Source: Basidiobolus meristosporus CBS 931.73 (lineage: Eukaryota; Fungi; Basidiobolomycota). Taken from it: a stretch of DNA of 64,000 nucleotides. The stretch lies in the NCBI GenBank assembly GCA_002104905.1, contig MCFE01000049.1, positions 124,001 to 188,000 on the forward strand, in the 5' to 3' direction. Each line of letters starts with the position of its first letter. The first letter of the stretch is position 1. This document shows positions 35,270 to 48,259 of this stretch, piece after piece. The position numbers and the translations under genes are program-made. The notes under the pieces are model-generated. The model saw only the letters and a program-made list of their open reading frames with translations, ran no database searches and was not told the DNA's origin.

Positions 35270-36273
35270 AGGAGTCCAAATCGCATGTGGCTTATTTCCA
35301 AGTAAGAAGAAGGATTGCAAAAGGAGAACTGGGAGGTATATCTTGAGTAAGCAGGGCACTCCACGCCCCAGGGTTTGCATTGACCGCGGTAGGGGATCGT
35401 TGGACTTTTCATGGAGAGTGTGTATGGGAATCGCCTCACTTTCCACCTCAAGGGTCGGTTAATGATCACTGGAGGCTGGGGGATTCGGGGATTGGTGCCG
35501 TTTGCAGAGATCATTGTATAGGGGAATGGAAGTACATGAAAATCACTATGGTACCATAGCTCGGAAACGCCGGCAAGTGATAGGTTTGGTTCTGTAAGGT
35601 ATTAAAAACCATCTGTCGTCGTGACCTGTGAGCTCTCTGGTACACCACATTACGAGCTGGAAGGAAATATCTGTATGTATCTTCAACATACATTCCAGGC
35701 AACACGCGCATAATTCCGAACACGAACACTGAAGCACCGGGGAGTTGCAGGTACACCCCCAGTGCCGACTAACCACAGTAGCAATTCGCTAGAGTAGGTA
35801 TTGATGGGCCATGTTATCACCAGTCAGGGCTGGCGTGCTTGGCTCACGAGATGTTCGTGAGATTGGCCTGGCTTATGGCACATAGGGTGATACGAGATTC
35901 CTACTTGGAGTTGCCACGCACCCCCACCACTTCAAGCAGACGCCCGCAGTCAACACTTCAGGACTGGCAAACACAGAGCCGGTAGGAAAGAACATGCAAC
36001 ATTTATTAGGCACTACTGATCCGGCGATGGTTGACACAAAAGAGATATCTTACATAATGGGACATGGGACATATCTAGATAGGATAGCATTGGGATAGAA
36101 GAATAAGCCAAGGGCGGGGGTGGGGTGGGGAGAGAGAATTAGCCTCCCAAGGCCGAAGGGGAAGGAGAGAACTATTCAGACCACGGTATAATACATATTT
36201 AAGAGGATCACGGTCATTGCTCCACCAGGAATGTCCTGGCATGGGAAGGCGTGCTGTGGAGGAGCTCGACGGA

Positions 36274-37254
36274 TCAGATCTCGATGTGGATCCCCGGTCG
36301 AACCTTCTGTATCTGCTCTTGGATGTATATGGTGTCCACGCGCGGGCAGTTCTCAACCACCAGCACTTGGAGATTGGGCAGCTGGGTTGACCAGTCGATG
36401 CATTCGTTCATCATGGAGCCAGTCAGCCAGAGCACATTGGAGATGTTGAGCCATTGGAGGTTGGTTAGATAGCTAGCGATTTCATGCAGAACCTTCCTCC
36501 CATAGAGCCTGTCGAAGCAGCCAGAGATATTTAGGTGGGTCAGCTTGCGCAAGTGCCGTTGCAGCAACGGCAGAAACCAAGGGGCCTGGATGTTGCTGTA
36601 GGAGATGTTCAGATGCAACAGATCCGTAGGAATAGTCGAGCTCCTCATGTTGTGGAAGAAGGCACCCAGCAGCTCGCTGCTGATGTGTCCTTTGCATAGA
36701 CTTAGGTTCTGGTAGCCGGTGTCGAAGAAAAGCCGCAGGGTCTCGTCGTTCACCTCGCCGAGCTTACTCACTTGGATCAGAAGGCGTTCTTTGAGGTGCA
36801 AGGGCAGGGCCATGATCAACGCCCGGTTCTCGTAGATGTAGGAGTGGATGTCCTTGGCGATGATCTTACAGCACCATTTGATCAGTGGCTTCGGCGTAGC
36901 GGGTCTACGTCGGTTTGCTAGAGATGGATCACAAGGTGGTTAACAACGATCCGCAAAGAACACACGCGCAAGATTACTTTTGTGGTGCAGTTTCTCAAGC
37001 CTCCTCCATTTGGGCATGCATACAGGCCCGTTCAGAATTCGCATGGCCTGCTCCACCGCTTCCAAACACTCCGCCCCACTAATATGCGCATCATATCTAG
37101 TATTGAGGAACCAGGATGGATTAAGAACCCCGGTCCGAGGCAGCTTCGATATGGGCTCAAGGCCAGCTACGCTTTCAGGCCTTAAAAGCTGAAGTGCCAA
37201 CGATGGAGCATTGTACAAGCCAACAGGTATATTTAACAACTGTTCTTTACCCAT
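36274..37254 (-). CDS. Leucine-rich repeat (RNI-like) protein, 2 exons; 5' end uncertain
   Basis: Exons 37254-36978 and 36917-36274 joined by a 60-bp GT-AG intron. PKPLIKWCCKII motif, then repeats LxxLNIS (LLHLNIS, LTHLNISGC, LQWLNISNV, LQVLVVENC). Confidence 0.75.
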
Positions 37255-39131
37255 ATCAACTTCTAGATGATTTCATATGATACGAGGTTAACATGGATTG
37301 AGAAGAGTGGAAGCACGATGCAAAGGCAAGAACATGAGTTCCAGGTATATTTAATGTTGTATCGCTTTGATTGACACTGATGCCTTTACATCAACAATGA
37401 CTCTGGGGAAAGTGAAAAGGACGAACCTCAAGATATGTATTTAGGGTGGCAAAGAATTCGAGCACAAGAGACAGAAAGGAGATGATAGGTGGTCAGTGGG
37501 AAAGAGCGGTTAATATAGGAAATGGGTGATGGTCTGGTCACCAATGCTTCCATATCAAACGTTTTCACAGTCAAGGCTATGATTCGATGGCACGGTGGAG
37601 TAGGGGGTTGGATTTCTCAACACCCCTGATGAATAAACCCGCTGCTACTTGGCCATCATAGTGCTCCAAACAAATATGAGCTTTCGACCCTTCGTAATAC
37701 ATATGCCTACATGCTTCAATCAAAAACACCTGACTGATCTTGTGATCCGCCGATCATCGATGCTGTATCGAAGCTTTGGTGCCGATAGCTGGAGTCCAGC
37801 TGAGAGAGAGGCGCCGATCGATGTTGGATCGAAACCGCTGATACCATAATTGGAAGATACGGATGGTCAGAGGCTTTTTAGAGTGGTTTGCCACTAGATA
37901 TTCTGTGTCATGTAGCCAATGGGAGCTGCGAGACAGGCCAAGTCCAGCTTGTGATAGAGGTTTTGGAGGTTGCCGATGCCCATTTTGATCCAGTCTGCGT
38001 GCCCGACCAATGCGCATTACAGGGATTCGGCAGAACGACGAGGCTGCACTATATTCGCAAGAGATGGTCTGCTAAGTCACTGCGTTGGTGACAATCCAAC
38101 AAGCTAGTCGTGACATGGGTATTGGGAGGATCTCTGTTGGTCATACAGCATCCGGGCTTGTCATCCAAGGTGGTTTTCATTAGATCCGCTCTTAGATTGT
38201 TGGGCAGTGATTAACAGTAGCGATTGTTGTACAGATGTGACACGTCCAATAACTGATCCGAACAGGATACGGATTCTAATTATGTAATAATACGGGTCAG
38301 CCTGAGTAAGATTCACTTGCTCTTTACCCATCTCGATGCCCTCCATCAAGCCAGAGTACTCAAATCCTGGAATATGCAATCCAGCTTCTCCGGCAGTCAT
38401 CCTCCTGATATCTACTTGGGCAGTCTAATTGCTCAACAGCCCAACTGGAAACCGGCTTCGAATCTATGGCTTCCTGATACCCAACTCGGTTTTCCCCATC
38501 ACTCACAAAACGCACTATTCACGGTCTACTGAAAATGTTCGGCAAATGTTGGTCCTTAGCGTTGAGCTGAAACCCGCAGCAGTAGCAAGCGCCACTTAGG
38601 AGAGCCAATTCTACTGCAAATGGAAGCGGCAAAAGCTGCACTGGCTGATATATATGTCATTAGATGTTTACACTGTGAACCGAAGCTAAACTTGGGGTAG
38701 CCACCCTTCCATTAGCCCTAACCCTAAGTGCGATAGTTCTTGCTTGTGTCCCCAGCTACAAACGCTGTGTATATCTTTGTGAAGCATATGGAAGGAGGCA
38801 TTCCATTCTGAACATCCACTTTGCCGAGGAGATCCTCTAAATGTTCGTGTACAGCAAGAAAAACCACGATCCTGCGGTGGCTCTACTTGTTTCCCTAGCC
38901 AGTCTCGAACCTAGCATATCAGTAGCAGAATGGCCTGCATATCCATCCGGCCGGTAAAATAAGGGAAAGTCCAGCATATTCATTCAATAGTCCATTTATT
39001 CCAAAAGCGCCGAAGTTAAACGGAGGTGGGAAGAATCACTATACAAGGAAACAACAAACTTCAACCCAACAAAATACGATAGAGATACAAGATTTAATAT
39101 GTATATGGAATATATGCGGCCAAGAAAACAC

Positions 39132-40304
39132 TCAAAGATGAGTGGTCTCCAAAATTTGGCCGAGTTGTTCTAAAGCCGGTGACGAATCCTTTGATTCGTA
39201 AGCAACCTCATCCGTGGCAACGACGAACCCCTCCTGTTAACGACTCATGGTTAAGGAAAACCTGGTGCGATGAGAGAGGGACAATTCACTTACTTCGGTT
39301 CCATACAACACACTCTTGATACGCTCGGCTAGCTGCTTAGCAGCCATGTCTTTGGGGATGTCTTGACTAATTATGAACTCCACTTCACGTAATTTGTTGT
39401 AGTAAAAATCCCGCTCGCGCTCAAACTGATCCATGTGATTCCGCGCGTCCATCAGCTCCTTTTGCAATTTCTCCGAAGAGTCGTCAGTAAGAGAGGGTGA
39501 GGGTGTACTTGGCCATCCATTAGAGGATTGGGAATGACCTCTTGAACGGCTTGCGCTGCCCTGAACCCCATTTGGCTTTTTGTCTATCGATTGGCGACTA
39601 GAGGTTCGATGTGCGGAGTGGCCTTGCTTATCAGAATCTGTACAGACGATAAGCTGAGGAAGTGACCGACAGCAAACAGTGAACTTACCACCAGGTGTAA
39701 GGGAGCGGTTGGAGATGTTAGAGATCCGACGGGAAAGGTTCTTCGGAGTCGACTCCAGCTTTCTTCGTGCCTCTGGGTCGTATTCCCCCGAGTATTGGGA
39801 TTGATGGAACTTTTTCAGCCACTGGATAAACTCCAGGTTATCTTGGAAGCGGCATTTAGAAAGCTTGTCTACAGGTATCCTCTAAAAACAAGAACTGTTG
39901 GTTGGTAACCAGCACAACACGCAGGTGAGAAACCCAGAGCTATTACTTTATCGATCTCATGTTTGGCAAAAGCATTCTGCAGGATCTTGAAGTTCCAGGA
40001 GATTTCATAATCGTTGTTGGTGTCGAACTTGACGCGATGCATAGGTATGTCACCTATTCCGAGCGGTGAGCAAAACTAGACAATTCGTTGGACAATCTCA
40101 CATGGCTATGCTTACCATAAAGAGAGTCGAGGATTTGGCAATATGCGGCACCTGAGTATTCCGGCAATACGGGTGAATTAAAGTCAAGAGGCAAAGGGTG
40201 AACAAACAGGCCTTACCAATCCCAAGCTGCTCCACTTTGGTGTAGTTCAGTTTGAGTAGATCATTCAACCAGTTGAGAATGTCAGATTTACTTTCGCCAA
40301 GCAT
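39132..40304 (-). CDS. BIM1: EB1-family microtubule plus-end-binding protein (Bim1/Mal3), multi-exon
   Basis: CH domain ([28 protein letters not shown]; [17 protein letters not shown]) and EBH domain ([15 protein letters not shown]); canonical introns. Confidence 0.93.
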
Positions 40305-40935
40305 TGTAGAAAAGCGCAGAAAAGATACGTGCGAACACAGAGAGTTCCTGGTGGTGAGGATAAAAGTCAATAGAACAGTCCAGCAATGTGTTTGTTGTGT
40401 GGACAGTTATATATTTCACGGACGATGGACACCTCAAGCAAATCAATTTGATTTGTTTTCGAAATTGAAATCCTTTTTCCAAACCATCAGATCAATAAAC
40501 AAAGTACAGCCCAATTCCTGTCTATTGAGTTAAGCAACTTCTTATTCATAATCCAATGTATCCGTCAAGGTCGAGATGAGCCTTCCACATCCTCATCAGG
40601 GAATATTTTTGTGATACAAACAGCTCTTTCATCCTCTCCTTGGCACATCACCAGGAGTGACACCGCATTGTTTAAAGCCAGTTCATGGACTGCGATTGAA
40701 CATTGATGAGTGTTTCCGTTTAATTAAACTACGCGCGGCCGATGGAACAATGCTCGAACATGTTTCATGGCCTGCATTTTGGCGAGAGACACCCAGGTTG
40801 AACCAATAAATTTGCATTTTATTTCTATACATTACACATCAAGGTTGCTTAATACTCTACAGAATTGGAATTCACATCAGCTCGATGGGGTAGTCGTCAG
40901 CAGGGTGAGGAAAGTCAGTGGCCACAGATCAGTGC

Positions 40936-42966
40936 TTAGTACAATGCCTCAATCTTCTCCTTGTAGCGATCAACTATCTCCTTGCGCTTCAATTTCTGGG
41001 CCGCAGTAAGCAATCCATTTTCACTGGTCCAGTCTTCGTCACAAATGAAGACATCATGCAACATCTCTGCAGATGCGAAGTTGCTCTTTTTCCCGATACT
41101 GTTCATATCCTGTAGGAGGGCCTTCTTCACCTGCTCGTTTTCAGCAAGTTCGTGACGGTCCAGAGTTTCAGCATCTGAGACGCCCTGCTGCTTGGCAAGA
41201 TCTCTCAACTTGTTCTCGGCGCAGACAACTATTCCAACTGGTCTACTCTTGAACGAATCGGCGTACAAACAGATGTTGTCGGCGTATGCGGATGTTTTGT
41301 AGTGCGATTCGAGCTTCTCCAGTGCGATGTACTCGCCATTGGAGAGCTTGACCAAGTTCTTCTTGCGGTCGATGATGCCCAAGGTACCGTCAGGCAGCCA
41401 TTGGCCGATATCACCAGTCATCAGCCAACCATCCTCAGTGAGAACTTCCTTGGTCAGCTTTTCGTTCTTGAAATAGCCTTGCATCACAGCAGGGCCACGG
41501 ACCCACACCTCACCCTGAGGAGGATCGTTGGTTGAACGGTAGTCGGTTTCATCAACATCCACCAACTTGATTTCGCAGCAGGGGACTGGGGGGCCGTTGG
41601 ACTTCTCGGAGGTGATCTCCGGGCTCATGAAGGTAGCCATAGCGGTGGCTTCAGTCATTCCGTAGCCCTGAATAATTGGGCAGATGCATGTGTTGAGGAA
41701 CTGTTGTGTGTCGGGAGCAATTGGAGCACCACCAGAGAGTGCGAATCTAAGACGGCCACCAGTTGCCTCCTTGATCTTGTTGAACACAACGGTATCAAGG
41801 ATGCCAGTAGGAACACCGTAGTAGTTCAGGAAAGATTTGTTGCGGAGGGCAAGATCAAACATGATCTGGGTGATTTTTCCTGATCCTTGGACTTGAGACA
41901 TGACTCCCTTGCGAATAGACTCCCACACTGCAGGAACTCCGCACATGACAGTGGGCTTCAATTCCCTCAGATCGCCCTTGCACTTGCGCACAGAGGCGTC
42001 GGTCAAAGTACGGGGATTACCGTACCCCATAGGTAAACCCAAGAACATGGCGTAGTTCTCGACAAGGAACTCGAGAATATGGGCCAAGGGAAGGTAGGTG
42101 ATGAGAAGGTCACTCTCAGGCTCCAGGAATTTGTTGATGAACTTGTCGACCCCGGCCAGCGCGGCAACGATATTGGCGTGGCTGAGCATTACACCCTTGG
42201 GATTACCGGTGCTGCCGGAAGTATACATGATACAAGCAAGGTCCTCGGGCTTAGGGAGGGTGCGCTCAGCTGAGTTGTCGGCGCCCAACTGTCTGATTTC
42301 TTCGAATGTATGGACTCCGAGCTTGGACTTCAAAGATTGTGTCAAAGCCTCCTTGGCCTCATCCATGTAAATTACATGCTTCAGAGATGGAACATCGTCA
42401 GCAATACCCTCGATCACTTTGAGAAGTTCGGCAGTGGTGAAGATGACTGAAATCTCGCCCTCATTGAGAGCGTGCTTCAGTCCATCGGCCCCAAGGGTTT
42501 CATAGGCAGTGACGATGGTAAGGTTTTGAGAGAAACAGGCTTGTGACATCATGATCCATTCAGGGGAAGTCTTGGAAAAGATAGTCACCTTATCACCCGG
42601 GGTGAGGTCTAGCTTCAATAGACCACAGCCGAGCTCTCTGGAAATGCGCTCGACATCGGCATAGGTATGCCACTGGTATTCGCTAAGCTGGAAATATCTC
42701 CATGTCTTCTTCTCCTTCTTCTCCTTGCCGGCGACCACCTTGGTGATCTCCTTCTCCTCCTCGATGATGTCGACAACCTTTCTGTAGCCAAGCGCCTTTC
42801 TATCGGCCTTGTTTTTTACAAGGTAGGGAAGAAGGTCGGCCAAGGTTTTGATGTCAGGGTGTGGGCTGGTAGTAAACTCCTCGGGCGAGAGAACGTTACG
42901 ACGGGCGCGAGTAGCATTGTCAGGCTTTTCAGGCCCTACTTCCACAGAGAATTGCTTTTGGGACAT
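40936..42966 (-). CDS. FAA1: Long-chain fatty acyl-CoA synthetase (Faa1/Faa4-like), intronless
   Basis: 676-aa ORF with AMP-binding motifs YTSGSTGNPKG and QGYGMTE, and FACS motif DGWLMTGDIG...IIDRKKNLVKL. Confidence 0.96.
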   Translation of the reverse strand: MSQKQFSVEVGPEKPDNATRARRNVLSPEEFTTSPHPDIKTLADLLPYLVKNKADRKALGYRKVVDIIEEEKEITKVVAGKEKKEKKTWRYFQLSEYQWHTYADVERISRELGCGLLKLDLTPGDKVTIFSKTSPEWIMMSQACFSQNLTIVTAYETLGADGLKHALNEGEISVIFTTAELLKVIEGIADDVPSLKHVIYMDEAKEALTQSLKSKLGVHTFEEIRQLGADNSAERTLPKPEDLACIMYTSGSTGNPKGVMLSHANIVAALAGVDKFINKFLEPESDLLITYLPLAHILEFLVENYAMFLGLPMGYGNPRTLTDASVRKCKGDLRELKPTVMCGVPAVWESIRKGVMSQVQGSGKITQIMFDLALRNKSFLNYYGVPTGILDTVVFNKIKEATGGRLRFALSGGAPIAPDTQQFLNTCICPIIQGYGMTEATAMATFMSPEITSEKSNGPPVPCCEIKLVDVDETDYRSTNDPPQGEVWVRGPAVMQGYFKNEKLTKEVLTEDGWLMTGDIGQWLPDGTLGIIDRKKNLVKLSNGEYIALEKLESHYKTSAYADNICLYADSFKSRPVGIVVCAENKLRDLAKQQGVSDAETLDRHELAENEQVKKALLQDMNSIGKKSNFASAEMLHDVFICDEDWTSENGLLTAAQKLKRKEIVDRYKEKIEALY

Positions 42967-45900
42967 GTCAGATTTAGATGTAGAGTGGTAGGTCTGCGAG
43001 GGAAGTGGGCGATTAGTGGGTGAGTGAATGAACAGATGAAGATGGAGTAAGTTAGTGGGTGTGAGAAGAATATATAAATAAGAGCGGTAGGAGTCAAGCG
43101 TCCATGCAATTTTCTAGATTGAGGCTGTCTATGTCCAATGGGATGTCAATAATCGAGGGATTATAATTAGATGCCATTGAACTATGTGACGAATACACCG
43201 GACTGCTGTGATAACATCCTCCAAAAAGGAAACCGATGACGCATTTAGAGCTGGAAGCTTAGCACAAGTCCACTTATTCGCTTATTGAGGTGGTGAGCAA
43301 ATTAATGTTTCAGCGGATTATTTGGTAGCCAAATATGATGGAAATGTCCAAAACGGGAAAGCTGGGCAATCGATGATTGAGGGGAGATTTAGACCCGAGC
43401 AGCATATTTGGACGTTTAATCACCGGAATTAGGTCGCAGCAACATGTCTGCTATGGGTCCAGTGATGGATGCATAATCTAGCGAAGCAGGCCATAGAATG
43501 TCAAGTGATCCGGCACGTTGAATGATCTCACCAATATCCGATGCGCTAGTTTAAAGTTTGAACCCTCAGCAGATGTCCTAATCGATTCTTCCGAGGTGGC
43601 ATGTACATTACACATTACTTATTCCTCATTAGAACGGCAATTCCGGATCGACTCCACACAGATCAAACTATAGCGCAAACCTTTTCCCGACTGGGCACCA
43701 TTTGATTTCCCAGGTTCTATTGCTTACATCCACGACGTTTTGGCATGTGAGTCTTGGTTGTCTCATGAAGAGCCAACTGGCGGTCCGTACTATATTAGGG
43801 ACCTCTTGTTGTACTTGGTAACAGCCTCGTTCAAATCAGTCAAGTCAAATAAATATAAATTTGGCAGCCGTAAGATGGCGATCCGATCATATCCTACTTT
43901 CACGTGAAGATGGAAGATTTTACTTGGGAGTACTGGTTTCTATCCGGCATGGAGTGGGCGGCAGCTCGGTCCGTATTCCTGAGCCTACCTTTCACATGAT
44001 AAAGGAGCGATAGCCCAAGTATAACGTAACGTACAATGGCCCACCTCCCTCGGCAGCGTATACATGGTTACACGTTGACCAAGTATGGCGAGCATGCCTA
44101 ATACAACCTCGAACCTTGATTAGACAGCGCTGACCGTGATGGTGATGGAAACGATTCTAAAGAATCGACCCAATCAAACAGGTATTGGGAGAGGTCGGAT
44201 GGATCAGGTCTAATTTGCACCATACTGCATTAGCCCCAAATATTTCGTCATCCCAGCATCCCAATCTCTGGTGGCGATTTACCACATCACGCACAAGATT
44301 GGGCCGGCTGAGCGCTGTCCGCTATTAGTCGGTTATTATAAGCATCAATAACCTGCTGATGCGTGCATGGCTTCGGGTGTCTGCACAACACCGCCCTTCG
44401 ATGCTGCTGCGTATGTATGTGCGTAATGCTCTTGGTGCCATGATTGGATTGCTGTGGCACCGTTGATTTCAGGGAATGTTGATACTGTAGCACTGTTGGG
44501 TATGATCTGTGTCACTTTCTACGAAAGCTTATTCGAAATTCTAATGGCCAGATGAATCTTGGGGTTGAGATCGAAATAAGGATAAAGCGGGCAGCACTAA
44601 TGCCCCAAAGAATCTAATTGTGGATAAAGGGATGTCGGATATGGGATGCACCTTGGCTAAACTCACGAGAAGACGAAACTAGCAGCGCTTTCCACCGAGC
44701 TGGAGTGCTTCCTCGATCTTGACTTGAGGCATGCACCCTTTGCACATTTGGACTGGATGAGTGGGTAGCATGTAGTACGGCCTCTGCGAACAACCCGGAC
44801 CACTGAGGGCGGGGAGAGAGGGGCATATCTAGAATATGGCCTAATTACGCAAGACAATCAAAAAATTATCGAATTAATGGGATCACACAGCATATGTTGC
44901 GATACATCAGCTCTGGAGACCAGAGATAAAACAGAAACCGGCTTGGTGACTGACAATCGACATCCATATGGCTGTATGATTCCTCGAACCGAGTATATTT
45001 TTTACCGACCCACCCATCATTTGATGCCATAAAGGACGAAACAATGGCTTCTCTACTTCGTGGTGGATGGTACATATGTAGGCATATGGATATACTAATC
45101 AAGTACAAAGAACGGAGCCCCTGATGCTGGCGACTACAAGATATGCCATGGCGTTCAGATATCCCCAAGTGTACCCTGAATCATTACTATTTCCATTCAT
45201 CTCCATCACGTCAGCCCAATGGAGGCTGTTAGAGAGGTCCAGTCAATGATTGTTGGGATGGAGTTCTGGATTGCATATCTGCATGCACGCTTTTGTGTGA
45301 GGCTAATCCTTCCCCTCATCGCCAAGTCGCTCCACTTGCCAATGATGCCGAGAGTTCAGAGGATGGCTGGGAAGGTATATAGTATGACGGTCATTAAATC
45401 AAAAAGATGTTGGGGCTAGATAGCGACTTGCAATTCATCGCAACCCCGCTGCTCTATTTCTTGGAGCCAATGCTGTGATTAGCTCTCGTCACTGGCGGGA
45501 AGCCGAATGCTTCGCGACGAATAGAATTGTGCAAGAGACTAGCATGAATACCTATAGTAGTACGGTGGAAGTGCTGATATATACGATGATTAATGGGCGG
45601 ATTCACAGGTCAGCTCACCCTGCGCCAAAGGAGACTGGTTTCTTTGAGACTCGATGGATTTCTACAGCCCAAATGATGTTTTTTAAGGGCGTTGAATGGC
45701 AAACGTTGTATATTAAGCCCAGCCCTCTTGGTGGGTCGTAGCAAAAGGAACCAAAAGCAAAGTCCCTAGTCAAATACTTGTGCAACCATTGAAGATAATT
45801 ATAGGTCCCGATAACTGCTGCCCATAACAGCCAAATAGGGAAAACGGCATGTTGGTGAATGTATGCGAACTCCACTTGTAGGTAATAAGCACCAACTTAG

Positions 45901-48259
45901 CTGCGATTTTACCGCATATCAAGAGAGGGAAGAATGGGCGAACCTGATTTGGCATTAATTGAGATCCCGATATATGATTGCTGGTTTTGTTATGCACAAT
46001 ATATTTCTCGATCACCACCCTCAATGCCATACCTTTATGAGCTCTGTAGCCCATCAGCACCGAAGCACGTCCTCGTAGAAAACTGGTGGCTATCACCAGG
46101 GGCCCCATGCTGTATTCCACCTTTACTCACAATGGACAGCAGGATGTATGCAGCAGGTTCCAAAAGTCATCTTACAAAGCCATTCCGACAGTGGCCACAC
46201 AGCTCATATGATGAGCAGAGGTGAGAATGTCGACCTGACTTATGAAACACTGTGCACGGGCAGAGGTCAACATCAGCCCAGCCTTGATGGCACTATGGAT
46301 GCATGTAGAGCAGCTTGAATATTTTCAGCTGCTCCTGATGTGCCACAATTGCGAGTAGCCTCATGTCCAACACTAGCGTGCACAAAGGCTATTAACAAAT
46401 ACGGATTTTTAATCATTCGCGGTACGTGTATATTGGCTCATCATTTCTAAACATTTCGTGCAGCCTTATGCCAACTATGATGAAATGGAGAACCAGCTAT
46501 TGGATACCTCGTGCCACCAATGAATCGATTCTATTGAACTCCCCTTCCTTTCCTAATGCGACTGTGACTATTACCTAAAATCGATATGGATCTGAACCTT
46601 TTTTCACAATCGAATCTATTTCAAATGCTCCAGCGAATCCCACCATTGGTGGGACGGATTCTACAATCCAGATTTTCTTATCGCCATGCAAATATGTTTG
46701 TGCGATGCTGGACCATCCAGTTTCAGGATGTCCTTCAAGTTGGGACTCATCCAAGCAGCTTCCAGGGTTTGATTCGCGGGCGGGACGTGAATACGTGAAC
46801 ATCTCTCTGCGTATACCTGGCTAGCATGTTGGAAGGGATTGTGGGGCATGTGTGCTGAGAATGCGCCTAAATCTAAACTCCGGCTCAATCCTGACATCAT
46901 CAACGCATAACAACTCTGGGGTGCGTGATTCTGGAGATTAGTAGCTGAATGTATAGATCAAGATTAATTTCATTGATGGGTCCATGATAAAGCCAGTTCC
47001 TACTCATTAATCGAAAAATTGATGAAGGCTGTGTGACGAATATGGCTTATGATCACAAGTACTTGTGATACGAACCATTTTCCATCTTTGGTTATCTGCA
47101 AGTGCAATTGTGTACAGTAAGGCATCGTACAAATCTATAGATATATGGAACACTGCGATAAACGGTGATATTGGAAAGGGAAATTTGATCGTGAGAATCA
47201 TTGGTAGGCAGAGTTCCTACTAAATATGACATGGAAATGGCAAACCGTATGTTCATCAGTGAATATTGATTCATGCTGAACAATGCTAGCTCCAAGAATC
47301 ATTGCCATTTTCAGCAGGGCCTGCTTGCAAATTGTGCTCCTCCCGCAAACGTCTCTTTGCGTGATATTAGCGGCCGTGTAACAGCACAGGTGTTGGGTTG
47401 CCTGGCTTTGAAACAGACTTTTATTCAATCACCAGTGTCCGTTCAACTCAGTTGCATTTTCGGAAAGAAATGCACTGGCAACGAATCTACGAAGCCGTTG
47501 GCTAGGTTGATCTTTGTCAATGCGGTCTATGGCCATGCTCCGGCAAGATGGAAATTCGACCAAATCGATAGGCATCAGATAGACATGGGGTTGGGCAGAT
47601 CTGGTGTGGAGGATGTTCGCTGCTAAAAGCTGCTCGTTCGTATGTCTGAACAGAGATATTCTATATTGGTGAGGGATTCCAAATCGTAGCCAGCCACAGT
47701 CTTCTTTAGATCATACACTTGATATTATTGGACAACAAAGCTCCATTTGGCCCGGCTCCCAACATTTCCTCGGAGACTGCTCCATCGCTGAATATACCAA
47801 AAGAATCCTACATCAAAACGGTATTCCAAACCCACTTTTGTACTTGGTTGATTTTGAATCATTCACCTTTGGATCATCAATAGCATTCTATTTGAATTTA
47901 TATGAATGCTCTTTTATAGCCATGTAACAAATCCACAATTTCTGACTCTCGTCAAATCCATGTACCCTTGTTCCTGTTTGGTGATTGTTTCGTGTAACTT
48001 ATTTCACTCTCCTTGGCTTTGAACCAAAATTATATTAACCCGCTTGTTCCTCTTCCCTGGTGTCGCTCGTTCTTCTTCGGGTAATGTCGCCATATCAACT
48101 ATAGCACTTCTCGTACCATACTAAATCAATTCAAACGCCACTTCGGATTGTATTTTACTAAGCGTAGTAGTTTCGAATACTGAGTAGCGCCTCCTTATCC
48201 CAGTCTTCCACCTTCCCTTTTCAACCAAGCTGTTGACTCCAGGCACAATTTCAGCCCCA

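Noticed and set aside
38161-38400. GLMEGIEMGKE resembling a Yae1/Lto1 GxxxG repeat
   Set aside because: Only a short match; I could not find flanking exons that complete the domain.
39005-39025. CCGAAGTTAAAC resembling part of 5S rRNA
   Set aside because: Similarity does not extend; it lies in the EB1 3' region.
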